Source: Candidatus Cloacimonadota bacterium
Lineage (GTDB): Bacteria; Cloacimonadota; Cloacimonadia; JGIOTU-2
Direction of reading: 5' to 3'
Assembly: GCA_049903315.1 (NCBI GenBank)
Contig: JBNGBT010000004.1
Span: 96,001 to 160,000 of the forward strand
Length of the DNA stretch: 64,000 nucleotides
Numbering within the stretch: the stretch's first letter is position 1; the number at the start of each line of letters is the position of its first letter. Below are positions 37,164 through 47,908 of the stretch, piece after piece. The notes beneath the pieces were generated by a model. It saw only the letters and a list, made by a program, of their open reading frames with translations. It was not told the origin of the DNA and did no database searches. The translations under genes and the position numbers were made by a program.

Positions 37164-37418
37164 CTATACTCCTCGTTTTAGATTGAGCAGCTCTTCGCTG
37201 AGAGGTTTCATTGGTTTGGTGGAGAATATAAATTCAACTGGGAGATCAAAACACTCGCTGATTCGAAAAGCAAGATCAAGACTTGGATTATATTCCTCCC
37301 GTTCAAGATAACCGACGGTCTGAAAATTGACTCCGATCTTATCAGCAAGCTCTTTCCGCGAGAGCCCACGCTCTTTTCGTAAAACAGCAATTCGATTATA
37401 CATAGTTCTGATTTCCAT
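37164..37418 (-). CDS. XRE/Cro-CI HTH transcriptional regulator (start may be 37403)
   Basis: NRI..LR.ERGLSR.ELA..IGV..QTVGYLER.EYNPSL.LA.RI...F.LPVE.IF. Confidence 0.9.
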   Translation of the reverse strand: MEIRTMYNRIAVLRKERGLSRKELADKIGVNFQTVGYLEREEYNPSLDLAFRISECFDLPVEFIFSTKPMKPLSEELLNLKRGV

Positions 37419-37582
37419 GGAGGCACTAAAATTTGGATTTGTATATTATGTCAAGCAAAATATTGTAAATATACAACAAAATGTTTAAATATGGTAACAA
37501 AAATATCTTCAAATACTTGAATACAACTATAAAAACATGACTTATGTCTATGAGCTTAAATTGTATAAAATGACCCTTAATC

Positions 37583-37608
37583 AAAAAAGCCGGTATAAAA
37601 ACCGGCTT
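37583..37608 (-). terminator. Intrinsic terminator
   Basis: AAGCCGGT...ACCGGCTT stem with T6 on the minus strand, downstream of 37635-39044. Confidence 0.75.
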
Positions 37609-37634
37609 CATAATCATCATCAAACATGTAAAAT

Positions 37635-39044
37635 CTATTTCATAAAGATCATCTTTTTTATAGGCGACATGCTGATATTCAATTTGTAGAGATATACTCC
37701 ACTCGAAACAGGTTGGTTGTTTTCATTCATTCCATCCCACATAACCGAACCCTCAATACCACTTATCGAAAGAGGTAACGATTTTACCTTTTCCCCTTTG
37801 AGATTATATATCTCCAGTTGTGTACAAGTAATATTTTTTGGCAAAATTTGAAAACATATTGTTGTACAAGGACAGAAAGGATTGGGATAATTTTGGTGTA
37901 GTACAATTTCTGAACCATATACTGAATGCTGATTATCGACAGAAACCCACGAACCGGATCCCCCTCCGCCATATGCGCCCATGTCATTGGTAACTGTTCC
38001 CATTGCCGGATATAACGCATAGCCGGGATCTTGAGGATTCTCAGGATCGTAATATAATATATCAGGATTACCGGCATCCACACATTGAGAGTTTGTATTT
38101 AAATGATACAGTGTGTCAGCAAATAGAGGATCTTCATTAATATTGCCCTCTCCGTTAAATCCTCCCTCCACATCACAATAAGTAAATGATGACGTGCTTT
38201 CACCGAATATCTGTCCTGCTGAATTTTGGGTGTTACCCCATATGATATTATTGCGCGCAGTCACCACACTGCTATACAATCTGAGTCCTCCTCCTGTTGT
38301 GCCGGAGTGATTTCCTACGATGGTGTTGTTCTCAATAATGATCGGTTCTGTGTCATTGCCAATCGTATAGAATCCACCTCCTCCGTATGAAGTACCAGCT
38401 GTATTCTCGGCAACAATATTATTCTTGATTATTGCGCCCGAGTAATCAACGACAATTCCTGCCCCGTAACCTGCCTGGTTTGATGTAATGATATTATTGG
38501 AAATTTTCGGATTCCCCATGAAGCAGAGTAAGCCGCCGCCGGAGATACCATCGTAATTTCCAACATTACTCACAGTATTCATTGTGATCAGATTATGCCT
38601 GATAGTTGGGGAAGCCGTATACATAAAAATACCTCCCCCGCTGTACCAAGTGAATTGTGGGTATTGAGGATCGACCCACTCTGTACCCCCTCCAGCCGTG
38701 ATAGTAAATCCCTGTAGGATAGCCTGTGCAGATTCGCTGCTGCAAAATGTGACAGTGCTTGCATTCTGGGGATTTGCAGCATTACTACCATCAATAATTG
38801 TTTCATGAATATAATGAACTTCGTGGTCCAACAGGTAATAGCTTGTCAGCATGATGTTTTTTCCAAAAAAATCAATGTTTTCGTAATAAGTGCCCGGAGC
38901 AACGAGTATAGTATCCCCATCAGAAGCCATAATAATGCCGAGTTGTATTGTGGCATAATCATCCGGGATCGATATGATCTCCCCTGAAAGCGGTAGCGTT
39001 ATGCATAGAAACAAGATGCATAAAATATTTTTTTTTGTTTTCAT
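37635..39044 (-). CDS. Secreted parallel beta-helix protein with C-terminal FlgD-Ig/T9SS-type sorting domain
   Basis: IP.DY.TIQ.GI..A..GDTILV.PGTY.ENI, repeated GGG/I.NN.I..N, NYPNPF...IYNLKG...WDG.N....VSSGVYLY. Confidence 0.85.
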   Translation of the reverse strand: MKTKKNILCILFLCITLPLSGEIISIPDDYATIQLGIIMASDGDTILVAPGTYYENIDFFGKNIMLTSYYLLDHEVHYIHETIIDGSNAANPQNASTVTFCSSESAQAILQGFTITAGGGTEWVDPQYPQFTWYSGGGIFMYTASPTIRHNLITMNTVSNVGNYDGISGGGLLCFMGNPKISNNIITSNQAGYGAGIVVDYSGAIIKNNIVAENTAGTSYGGGGFYTIGNDTEPIIIENNTIVGNHSGTTGGGLRLYSSVVTARNNIIWGNTQNSAGQIFGESTSSFTYCDVEGGFNGEGNINEDPLFADTLYHLNTNSQCVDAGNPDILYYDPENPQDPGYALYPAMGTVTNDMGAYGGGGSGSWVSVDNQHSVYGSEIVLHQNYPNPFCPCTTICFQILPKNITCTQLEIYNLKGEKVKSLPLSISGIEGSVMWDGMNENNQPVSSGVYLYKLNISMSPIKKMIFMK

Positions 39045-39064
39045 TATAAAGACCTCCGTTATTT

Positions 39065-39682
39065 TTAACTGCCTAATCTATTGAAATATGTATCAACATA
39101 ATAATCATACACGTCTTCTGTAATTTCGTTATAGCGGATCATATTGATTATGATCGCGACATAAGATATATTAAAACTCCATGCTTCGTACCAGGGATTT
39201 TTTATTTCTGCTGTGATACTTCCATCCATAATACCTTCTTCGTATAGTGAAATCAAGGTCTGTTGGATTCGCTTACGTGCAGGTTTAGCTAAATCTCTAA
39301 TCTCCTTAGGCGCACGAGTACTTCTGGGTTTTTCACCCATTGAAAACGCTATCAACTCAGCATAGAGTGGATTTTCATGAAAATAATCAAGAAGTGAGGA
39401 ATAATAGTAGCGAAGTTTTCCCAACCCGGAAAGTTCACTGATTGCTGGTGTTATCTTCTCTGCGTCGAAGAAATCAAGATAATTATTTGTGTATTCAATC
39501 CATAGAACATAACAAATATCATTTTTGGATTTATAATAATAGTAAATATTTCCTACAGCAACGCCGAGTTTTTTTGCAACACCCCTCAAGGTCGTCTTAA
39601 GAATTCCTTTTTCAAGGAATTGCTTTTTCACTTCCGTAATAATAGTCTCTTTAATAAGCTGTTGCTTCATTTCTTTGATCAT
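39065..39682 (-). CDS. TetR/AcrR family transcriptional regulator
   Basis: F.EKG...TTLR.VA..LGVA.GNIYYYY.SK HTH. Confidence 0.9.
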   Translation of the reverse strand: MIKEMKQQLIKETIITEVKKQFLEKGILKTTLRGVAKKLGVAVGNIYYYYKSKNDICYVLWIEYTNNYLDFFDAEKITPAISELSGLGKLRYYYSSLLDYFHENPLYAELIAFSMGEKPRSTRAPKEIRDLAKPARKRIQQTLISLYEEGIMDGSITAEIKNPWYEAWSFNISYVAIIINMIRYNEITEDVYDYYVDTYFNRLGS

Positions 39683-39704
39683 TATATTTCCTTTCTTAGA
39701 TCAT

Positions 39705-39825
39705 ACATGTACTAAAATATACATAATAATAAAATAATATTCACTTATATTCGCACTGATCTACTGTACCAACAGTGTCTCTTAGAAATAAGCTTGTCAA
39801 GTATTATTTTTAGTACATGTTCAAA
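39705..39825. promoter_or_regulatory. Candidate TetR operator pair
   Basis: 13-bp inverted pair ACATGTACTAAAA (39705-39717) / TTTTAGTACATGT (39808-39820), each centred on ACATGT, flanking a minus-strand TTGACA. Confidence 0.45.
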
Positions 39826-39925
39826 ATAATGATTAAAATACCATTGAACATTCTCATGCTTACTACAAATCTTGGAATAAAGTGAAGATCGGTCTATTCA
39901 GTCTATAGTGATAATCTTATAATTC

Positions 39926-41695
39926 TTACAATGATCGTACACTTGCCAGATGCAGTATAAATACTGCGCCATTTGGTTCGTTGTCTTCCACAGAAATAGT
40001 TCCACCCCATCTTTTTACGGATTCCCGAACAATATATAATCCAATTCCGGTATGCCCCTTTTTGCCGTACACAAATCCTTCATCAAATATTTTATCTTTA
40101 ATTTTATCAGGAATACCCTTTCCATAATCTGCAATTTTGATAGAACAATTATCATTATCAGAGGTGATAGTAATATCTATTTTTAAAGTTTCACTATGCA
40201 CTGCTGCATTGCTTATAATATTGTCTATTACAGAATCGATCGCATCATCGGCAAGGATTTTATCATGACCTGTTACGGTAAATTCTATTTCTGGATAATG
40301 TTTGATAACCTTGTTTATGATGTCGGAAATCTCAACAATTTTCAGGTCTTCCGATGAGATCATATCTTCCTGCTCCCTCATTTTATTTATCAACATAATG
40401 CTCTTTTCTACCTTGCTAAATGCTTCATCCAGAAGTGATTCATCATTCTCTTTTCTATACAATTTTAATGCTGCATCAATCACAGAAAGATTATTTATTA
40501 TATCATGCCTAAGTATCTTATTTAACAAAGTCAGTTGCCTTTCACGAGTTTCAAGTTTTCTGTTTTTGATATTCACCATTTCGTTTGCTTTTGCAAGTTC
40601 AACATTTTTAAGCCGATAGATTTCCGCTTCCCTTTCCTTTTGCTCGGTTTCATACTTGGTGCGCATCTCAGCAATCTGCTTTGATTGTTGGTCATTGAAC
40701 AACTCACCTTTTAGTTCTGAGAATTTTTTATGATAGAAAAGAGCTTGCTTAAAATCTTCTTGCTCCTCAAACAGTATGAAAAGCGAATCTAAAGCGTTAA
40801 GTTCTAAACCTTTCGCTTTTATGCTACGAGCGATATCCAGTGCTTTTTTTAAATGATCAAATGCTTGCTGAAAGTCTTTTTTTCTCGTATGAAGGTTACC
40901 CAAACTTGTCAATGACGTTACATCTCCAAATGGATCTTTAGTTTCATTAAATAACTCATTGGATTTTTTCAAAAATGATAGTGCTAAATCTTGCTCCCCT
41001 TTCTCAATATAGATATTTCCAATATTGACATATGAGACTGCGACGGAATGTTTATCTTCGGATTTCTCTTTTATATAGAGTGCCTTAAGGAGATATTCAA
41101 GTGCAAGGTCATGTTTATCTTGTCTTTCGTATACAATTCCAATATTATTCAAAGATATTGCGATATCTCTTTCTGATCCGATTTCTTCTTTTATTTTAAG
41201 TGATTTTAAATGATGATTCAACGCTTCATCATAGCTTCCCTGTTTTTCATATATAATACCAATGTTATTACAACATGCTGCGACATATGCTTTATCCCCG
41301 GCTTGATCCCAGACTCGGAGAGCACGAAGATAATATTCCAACGCTTTATCATAATTTCCCAACTTTTCATATATTCCACCGATATTATTTTTAGTACCGG
41401 CTATTTTATGCATCATCTTCAACTGCCTAAACATGTGAAGAGCTTTATGGTAATATTTTAGCGCTTCATTGTAATTACCCCTGCGATGATATGATATGCC
41501 GATAATATTATAACTCCGCGCAATATCAGGTTTTGACTTTAATCGGGTTGCAAGTTCGAGAGCTTCTTGTGCATAATACTCGGTTTTCTCCGGATCAGAA
41601 ACATTAAGTGCAAATGCAAGATCATTCAAATTGGTTAATTTTTCTTCTCCAGAAGAGTTGCGAACTTTTTTCTCGAGTTCTTTAATGTTATCCAT
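39926..41695 (-). CDS. TPR-repeat sensor histidine kinase
   Basis: Seven or so A...NNIG.IY...G.Y..AL TPRs; LRHDIINNL H-box; NAAVH, DYGKGI, GTGIGL-like G2. Confidence 0.9.
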   Translation of the reverse strand: MDNIKELEKKVRNSSGEEKLTNLNDLAFALNVSDPEKTEYYAQEALELATRLKSKPDIARSYNIIGISYHRRGNYNEALKYYHKALHMFRQLKMMHKIAGTKNNIGGIYEKLGNYDKALEYYLRALRVWDQAGDKAYVAACCNNIGIIYEKQGSYDEALNHHLKSLKIKEEIGSERDIAISLNNIGIVYERQDKHDLALEYLLKALYIKEKSEDKHSVAVSYVNIGNIYIEKGEQDLALSFLKKSNELFNETKDPFGDVTSLTSLGNLHTRKKDFQQAFDHLKKALDIARSIKAKGLELNALDSLFILFEEQEDFKQALFYHKKFSELKGELFNDQQSKQIAEMRTKYETEQKEREAEIYRLKNVELAKANEMVNIKNRKLETRERQLTLLNKILRHDIINNLSVIDAALKLYRKENDESLLDEAFSKVEKSIMLINKMREQEDMISSEDLKIVEISDIINKVIKHYPEIEFTVTGHDKILADDAIDSVIDNIISNAAVHSETLKIDITITSDNDNCSIKIADYGKGIPDKIKDKIFDEGFVYGKKGHTGIGLYIVRESVKRWGGTISVEDNEPNGAVFILHLASVRSL

Positions 41696-41930
41696 TGACT
41701 ATTCCTTTGCTAAATTGAAAGATGTATTATTTAAAGAAGAATTAGGGTAAATAATTTTTTATATTTTCAAGGTGAGAAAAGGATAATCATTCCGTCAAGA
41801 TAAAAGTATTAATTAATAATTATATAATTCACAGATTGTACTTAAATATGAAGTTATGAGCAAGTGTTGTTTTTGTACTTTATTTGCTAAAATGTTGACA
41901 GTAAATACACTCCAAAATCTCTGAAATACT

Positions 41931-42692
41931 ATGAAAAGAATTCTATTAACAAATGATGATGGTGTCTTTGCAGAAGGGATCGGCGATCTTGCGAAGGTTC
42001 TTCGAAAAAAATATGATGTTACTATTGTTGCTCCGGATAGGGAGCGCAGTGCTGCGTCGCATTCACTCACCATTCACCATCCTCTTCGCATTTTCAAGAT
42101 CAAAGAAGATAAGTATGCAGTGGATGGCACACCGACCGATTGTGTGATACTTGCTACTCATAAGATAATAAAAACCAAGATCGATCTTGTCATCTCGGGA
42201 ATTAATAATGGTCCCAATATGGGAGAAGATATACTCTATTCCGGCACGGTTGCTGCAGCCATAGAGGCAATGAACCTGGGACTTCCAGCCCTTGCCGTTT
42301 CAATGGGTTTTCGGGATAAAGGTGATTTTAAAGACGGCGCAGAAATACTCTTACACATGCTCGAACATGACCTATTTTCGATTATGTCAGCCGAATCTAT
42401 TTTGAATATTAATTTACCGCCTGTTCCTTTGAAAGAAGTAAAAAGTTTCAAGGTAACCAAGCTGGGGCATCGGGTGTACAGTGACTTCATAAAAGAACGG
42501 CATGATCCGCGTGGGCGTCCATATTATTGGATTGGTGGGCAAACTCCAGATTGGACTGGTGGAGTGGAAACAGATTTTCATGCGGTGGGGGAAAATAGCG
42601 TTTCAATTACTCCCATTACTATAGACATGACCAAGTATGCCTACTTCCCCCAGATCACAGAGTGGATTGAGAAGAATAAATTGAAATCTTAA
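41931..42692 (+). CDS. surE: 5'/3'-nucleotidase SurE
   Basis: ILLTNDDG, VAP..ERS..SHS, GTPTDCV, SGIN.GPN.G.D..YSGTVAAA. Confidence 0.97.
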   Translation: MKRILLTNDDGVFAEGIGDLAKVLRKKYDVTIVAPDRERSAASHSLTIHHPLRIFKIKEDKYAVDGTPTDCVILATHKIIKTKIDLVISGINNGPNMGEDILYSGTVAAAIEAMNLGLPALAVSMGFRDKGDFKDGAEILLHMLEHDLFSIMSAESILNINLPPVPLKEVKSFKVTKLGHRVYSDFIKERHDPRGRPYYWIGGQTPDWTGGVETDFHAVGENSVSITPITIDMTKYAYFPQITEWIEKNKLKS

Positions 42693-42712
42693 TAAATACC
42701 AAAAAATCCTGA

Positions 42713-43366
42713 ATGGACTACACAAAGCAACGGAATAACATGGCCGAGTACCAGATAAAAGCACGCGGCATTACGGACGAACGGCTGCTGGATGCATTTA
42801 GAAAAGTGGAGCGACATCTATTCATTCCGGGTAATTCTGGCCATTTTGCATATAGTGACGGACCAATGTCTATAGGGGAAGGACAGACTATTTCCCAGCC
42901 CTACATCGTTGCGCTTATGCTCGATCTGCTGAAATTACAACCAGATAATGTTGTGCTGGAAATCGGTACGGGTTCCGGCTATCAAACTGCACTTCTTGCA
43001 GAGATAGCACAAGTAGTATATTCAATAGAGAGGATACCGTCTCTCGCTGTAAATGCAAGGCAATTACTAAAAAAACTGGGCTACTCAAATATAAAGATCC
43101 AACAAGGTGATGGCACTCTCGGCTGGAAACCAGAAAATGAAAACGAGAATGACATTGCCTTTGATGCGATTATAGTTTCCGCTGCAGCACCCTCTGTTCC
43201 CAAAAGCCTTCTGGTTCAACTGAAAGAAGGTGGACGTTTAGTGCTGCCTTGTGGAAGCAAATTTGTGCAGGACTTGATCTGTGTAAAAAAAGAAAATGGG
43301 AATATCATAAAAGAGAGTTTCGGCGGATGCCAGTTCGTGCCGCTTATTGGAGAGCAGGGATGGTAA
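42713..43366 (+). CDS. pcm: Protein-L-isoaspartate O-methyltransferase
   Basis: GQTISQPY, VLEIGTGSGYQ, GDG..GW, FDAI.V.AA, FVPL. Confidence 0.97.
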   Translation: MDYTKQRNNMAEYQIKARGITDERLLDAFRKVERHLFIPGNSGHFAYSDGPMSIGEGQTISQPYIVALMLDLLKLQPDNVVLEIGTGSGYQTALLAEIAQVVYSIERIPSLAVNARQLLKKLGYSNIKIQQGDGTLGWKPENENENDIAFDAIIVSAAAPSVPKSLLVQLKEGGRLVLPCGSKFVQDLICVKKENGNIIKESFGGCQFVPLIGEQGW

Positions 43367-44046
43367 AATTAAAATTTATTACATTTGTTCTTATGCTTCT
43401 GCTGACGATGCCGGTATTTCTTGGCAGTGATGAACCACCTGATGAACCGGGAAAACAAGCAAAATTCTCAAAATACTTTAAAGAGAAAAATGTATCAGAT
43501 GAAGCTGTCGTTGTTTTACTTGCCACACTTCCGATTTTTGAACTGCGGGGAGCAATTCCCTGGGCAATTCATCATTATAAGATGCCGTGGTATAAAGCAT
43601 ATCTGCTTGGAGTTTTTGGTAATTTTCTGCCAATTCCATTTGTACTCCTTATTCTAAAATATGGATTGGACTTACTTTCACGGATTCCTTTTTTCAGGAA
43701 ATTTTTTGAATGGCTCTTCGCCAGAACAAGACGAAAAGGCACTCTTATAAAAAAATATGAAGCGCTGGGACTCATACTTTTTGTCATGATACCTCTACCG
43801 GTAACCGGTGCATGGACAGGGAGCATTGCAGCATATATTTTTGGAATAAAATTCTTTCCCGCACTCCTTTGCATCTTAATCGGAATATGCCTTGCAGGCG
43901 TTATTGTCACGACCTTGAGTATGTTCGGAATGTGGGGTGCATTCATAGCGATTATAGCTTTATTGACATTATTTATCATATGGCTCATAAAATTCATCAA
44001 AGCAATAAAAGCCGCCAGAAACAGCGAAAAGGGGGCAACTGAATGA
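43360..44046 (+). CDS. Small multidrug export-like membrane protein (COG2426)
   Basis: LP.FELRGAIP, GN.LP.P, GL.LFV.IPLP.TGAWTG. Confidence 0.85.
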   Translation: MVKLKFITFVLMLLLTMPVFLGSDEPPDEPGKQAKFSKYFKEKNVSDEAVVVLLATLPIFELRGAIPWAIHHYKMPWYKAYLLGVFGNFLPIPFVLLILKYGLDLLSRIPFFRKFFEWLFARTRRKGTLIKKYEALGLILFVMIPLPVTGAWTGSIAAYIFGIKFFPALLCILIGICLAGVIVTTLSMFGMWGAFIAIIALLTLFIIWLIKFIKAIKAARNSEKGATE

Positions 44047-44627
44047 AGTTAAAAGACTTCTTTGCACCGAAAACTGAAAAGGTCGATGAGGAAAAAGATC
44101 TGATCCGATTCCTCTCTGAAGTAGAACTTTTTGAAAATCTTACTCGGAACGAACGTAAAAATCTTTCTCAACACCTTTATGAACGCATCTACAAAGAAGA
44201 CGAAGTCGTGTTTAAAAAAGGATATCCAAATGTGGTCATGTATATCGTGAAAGAAGGTGAACTTCAAACTTTTCTCGATTCCAAAGATGGGGAAAGTCTC
44301 AAAACAATAAAACCCACTGATTTTTTTGGAGAAGTGGGACTGTTTCTTGAAGAAGAGCGTACTGCAACAATTGTGGCATCAAAGGATTCTGTGCTTCTGG
44401 GTATTTCCAAAAGAGATATGAACAGATTCATCGATGAGTTTCCGCGCGCAGGCAGTAAGATCTTGAGGAAATTAGCTACTGTTCTTTGCACTCATCTTAT
44501 TAATACTAATAAGACACTTACAGGTAAAAGAGATGAACTTATCGAGCTGAAAAAACACCTTGAAGACAACGAACACCAACTCCAGGAATTAAAGAGTTCA
44601 CAGGAAGTTGAGACAGAAAAGAGCTGA
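44043..44627 (+). CDS. Cyclic nucleotide-binding domain protein with C-terminal coiled coil
   Basis: LF..L, VF.KG, MYIV.EG, FFGE.GL....RTAT..A. Confidence 0.85.
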   Translation: MKLKDFFAPKTEKVDEEKDLIRFLSEVELFENLTRNERKNLSQHLYERIYKEDEVVFKKGYPNVVMYIVKEGELQTFLDSKDGESLKTIKPTDFFGEVGLFLEEERTATIVASKDSVLLGISKRDMNRFIDEFPRAGSKILRKLATVLCTHLINTNKTLTGKRDELIELKKHLEDNEHQLQELKSSQEVETEKS

Positions 44628-44629
44628 TC

Positions 44630-45700
44630 ATGGATAGAATAAAAGTAATCCGTCTTGTGATAGGAGTTTTGACCCTTGGTATTGCAGTTCTGGGTATTCT
44701 GTTTTATAAATCAATTCTCTCTTACCTGGTAATTTCCGGGATCATTGCCTATCTTTTATCACCACTGATAAACTATGCTCAAAAGTTCCATATTCCTCGA
44801 GCGCTCTCTATCCTGATCGTGTACATTATTGTGATCGTGCTTATCATTGTATTGATAAATGTGATCATTCCACAAGTAAAATTACAAGCAGAAGAAGCTT
44901 CAAAATTCTTCAAACAGATCGTTCGGGATCCTGGAGCTTTCAGCTTAAAATCATTTGGTTTAGACGGTCTTTCAAAATTTATAGATCGTATGCAAACAAA
45001 GTTTACCTTTATCAACGTCGATGAATACACTCAAATGCTTGGAGAGAAATTCGTTGGATTGATCAATGCTATTCCACAGATACTCATTAATTCTCTCAGC
45101 GGTATAATCAATTTCCTTGCATTTCTTGTTGTGATCCCCTTTGTCTGCTTTTTCCTTTTAAAGGATGAACGCCAGCTCATGAAAACCTTTTTCAGCTGGA
45201 TACCGAATAGATATTTTGAGTTCTCCATATACTTATTTGAGAAGATCGAAGATAGTTTTGGACGTTACTTGCGCTCCATTTTATTGGAAACAATAATTGT
45301 GACAATCCTATCCTATATCGGACTCCTGATCCTTGGAATTCCCTATGCACTTACTCTTAGTATCATTATTGGTCTGACAAATCCGATCAAGTTTTTTGGA
45401 CCCTTTATTGGGTTCGTCCCGGTGATTTTGGTCATACTGTTCAGTCCTGTGCCCAATGTTATGGTCATCTATGCGATTCTCATGTCAATCATCGTTCAGC
45501 AGATCGACAGCAATATATTGTTCCCGTCCCTGGTTGGCAAAGGACTTGGCATGCATCCACTCTGGGTGTTACTGACTGTTATAGCCGGTGGTTATGCATT
45601 CGGTGTGCTCGGACTCCTGCTTGCAGTTCCGGTCGTGTTTCTTATCAAAACAGTTATACAGGTTTCTGCAACAAGTTTGAAACAATTTGAAATCATATAA
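44630..45700 (+). CDS. AI-2E family (UPF0118) transporter
   Basis: IAYLL.P.I, FFLLKD, YA........N.I..FGP.IG, QQID.N.L.P..VG...MHP. Confidence 0.9.
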   Translation: MDRIKVIRLVIGVLTLGIAVLGILFYKSILSYLVISGIIAYLLSPLINYAQKFHIPRALSILIVYIIVIVLIIVLINVIIPQVKLQAEEASKFFKQIVRDPGAFSLKSFGLDGLSKFIDRMQTKFTFINVDEYTQMLGEKFVGLINAIPQILINSLSGIINFLAFLVVIPFVCFFLLKDERQLMKTFFSWIPNRYFEFSIYLFEKIEDSFGRYLRSILLETIIVTILSYIGLLILGIPYALTLSIIIGLTNPIKFFGPFIGFVPVILVILFSPVPNVMVIYAILMSIIVQQIDSNILFPSLVGKGLGMHPLWVLLTVIAGGYAFGVLGLLLAVPVVFLIKTVIQVSATSLKQFEII

Positions 45701-45739
45701 TTCGAAAAATACAATACCAGATAAATAGAAAGGAGATCT

Positions 45740-46321
45740 ATGGCTCGCTGGCAATCATTAGAAGGTTCTATATTACATACGACGCAGGAGGGCTCCCAGG
45801 AGCATTTTCTAAAAGATTTTTTTGAAAATAAAGCTTTTATTCCCAAGACGAAAAGGGAAAAGCAAGAATATGAGGATTTTTCATTTGTGAGTAGTGCTAT
45901 GGCGCTTCTCATCTACGTGGCACAATCGGATGGTGAAGTGGATAAGGATGAAAAAGATATGATCATGAAGGAACTGAAATTCCAGCTTAATCAGCGTCAT
46001 TTTGAGTATGAAACTCTCGCAGAAGAGATCGGTCCGGATGAAATGAAAATTCTCATCCATCTTTTTGATCATTTCAGAACTGAGATTGCAGAAAAATCAT
46101 GCGATCTGGATGAAATTATTCGGGTCATCAATATGATCTATAAAAAGAATCCTTACAAAAGAATGTTCCTCGTTCGTTTGTGTTACTATGTGGCATATGC
46201 GGATAAGAAATTCTCGAAAGAGGAGTTTGCGACAATAGAAAAGGTCGCAAAAAAACTCGATGTGTCTGTAGCGGATTCAAGCAGAATAGAGCAGGAAGTA
46301 CGTACCGAACTGAAAATATAA
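45740..46321 (+). CDS. TerB-family (tellurite resistance/DjlA-N-like) protein
   Basis: LL.YVA.SDG.VD..E and VAYAD..FS.EE...I..VA..L repeats. Confidence 0.7.
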   Translation: MARWQSLEGSILHTTQEGSQEHFLKDFFENKAFIPKTKREKQEYEDFSFVSSAMALLIYVAQSDGEVDKDEKDMIMKELKFQLNQRHFEYETLAEEIGPDEMKILIHLFDHFRTEIAEKSCDLDEIIRVINMIYKKNPYKRMFLVRLCYYVAYADKKFSKEEFATIEKVAKKLDVSVADSSRIEQEVRTELKI

Positions 46322-46409
46322 GAATAGTTTTGTTTTTATACCTTGTGAAATTTGACACAATTTCTCGCTATCACAGCGTTAGGAACAATTGAATTATTCA
46401 GGAGGATAT

Positions 46410-46736
46410 ATGTTCCAAGGTGGAAAAGGTCTTCAGGACTTGCTCAAACAAGCACAGAAGATGCAAAAAAAGATGATGGAAAGCCAGGAAGCTCTGGCAC
46501 AGCAAACTGTGGAAGCTTCTGCAGGCGGTGGTATGGTTAATGTCGTGATGAATGGAAACCAGGAGCTTATCTCATTGAAGATCGAAAAAGAAGTTGTCGA
46601 TCCTGATGATGTAGAAATGCTGGAAGATCTCATCATTGCTGCGGTGGAAGAAGCCAGGCAAAAAGTCAAAGAAATGGTCGAAAGTGAAATGTCCGGTTTG
46701 ACTGGCGGTCTGAAGATTCCTGGACTCACAGCATAA
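46410..46736 (+). CDS. ybaB: YbaB/EbfC nucleoid-associated protein
   Basis: KQAQKMQ, SAGGGMV.V..NG, DPDD.EMLEDLI.AA; AGGAGG RBS; upstream of recR. Confidence 0.95.
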   Translation: MFQGGKGLQDLLKQAQKMQKKMMESQEALAQQTVEASAGGGMVNVVMNGNQELISLKIEKEVVDPDDVEMLEDLIIAAVEEARQKVKEMVESEMSGLTGGLKIPGLTA

Positions 46737-47329
46737 TGTTTGAAGGAAAATTAGAAAAGCTCAAAGACGGCTTTAAGCAGTTGCCCGGAATCGGCGAAAA
46801 AACTGCAGAGCGTCTTGCCTTTTATCTTATCAGTCAGGATAAACAGGTGGGATTGAATCTCGCAGAACTGATCAACGATTCGATCAGTTCGATACAAAAG
46901 TGCGAAAGCTGCAATATGCTGTCCGAAGCAAGTCCTTGTCATTTCTGTGCAGACGATGAAAGGGATAGTGCATCTCTGTGCGTTGTGGAGAAATCACAGG
47001 ATGTCTATCTTATTGATGAGACTGGAGTGTACAATGGACGGTATTTTGTGTTGGGAAATCTCATTTCTCCATTGGATGGCATTGGACCGAACCATATTAA
47101 TTTTCCAAAGCTCAAAGAAATGATCGAGAAACAAAATATAAAAGAGATAATACTTGCGTTAAATCCGAGCAGTGCAGGTGAGACAACCATGGCTTTTATC
47201 ACTTCCAAGTTACAAAGCCCGGCAAGAAAGATCACGCGGCTGGCAACAGGATTGCCCGTTGGCGGGGATATTGAGTACACAAGCTCAAAAACTCTTGCAA
47301 GCGCACTGACTCATAGAAACGAATTATAA
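46736..47329 (+). CDS. recR: Recombination mediator RecR
   Basis: LPGIG.KTA.RLA, C4 zinc finger, CVVE, ISPLDGIGP, EIILA.N....GE.T, TRLA.GLP.GG. Confidence 0.97.
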   Translation: MFEGKLEKLKDGFKQLPGIGEKTAERLAFYLISQDKQVGLNLAELINDSISSIQKCESCNMLSEASPCHFCADDERDSASLCVVEKSQDVYLIDETGVYNGRYFVLGNLISPLDGIGPNHINFPKLKEMIEKQNIKEIILALNPSSAGETTMAFITSKLQSPARKITRLATGLPVGGDIEYTSSKTLASALTHRNEL

Positions 47330-47342
47330 GATTGGAGTAAAA

Positions 47343-47900
47343 ATGGCATCAACTGCTGATTTTCGTAATGGAATGGTCATTCTTTTTAAAGACAGTTTAT
47401 ATGTAATCGTGGAGTTTCAACATGTAAAACCAGGCAAGGGTGGTGCCTTTGTACGAACTAAACTGAAAAATGTGAGGACAGGTCAGGTTATTGATAATAC
47501 TTTTCGTTCTGGAGAGAAGGTGGAAGAGGTTCGTATTGAAAAGAAAAAAATGGAATATCTCTATAATGACGGCATGCATTTCGTCGTAATGGATCCAGAG
47601 ACCTATGCTCAGATAGAGCTCAACGAAGAGCTTATTGGGGACAGCAAATTTTTCATGAAAGAAAACACTGAGATCGCTCTTTTTCAAACTGAAGACGAGA
47701 TCATTTATATAGAGCTTCCTACAACAGTAAATCTTGAAGTGGTGGAATGTGAGCCCGGGATCAAGGGCAATACTGTTACCAATGTAACGAAGAGTGCCAA
47801 GCTGGAAACCGATCTCGAAGTACAGGTTCCCATGTTCATCAATAATGGCGATATTCTGAAAATCGATACACGGACAGGTCAATACATCGAAAGAGTGTAA
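47343..47900 (+). CDS. efp: Elongation factor P
   Basis: HVKPGKGGAFVRTKLKN, PG.KG.T, V.VP.FI..G....IDTR.G.Y..R. Confidence 0.98.
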   Translation: MASTADFRNGMVILFKDSLYVIVEFQHVKPGKGGAFVRTKLKNVRTGQVIDNTFRSGEKVEEVRIEKKKMEYLYNDGMHFVVMDPETYAQIELNEELIGDSKFFMKENTEIALFQTEDEIIYIELPTTVNLEVVECEPGIKGNTVTNVTKSAKLETDLEVQVPMFINNGDILKIDTRTGQYIERV

Positions 47901-47908
47901 ACGGACTC

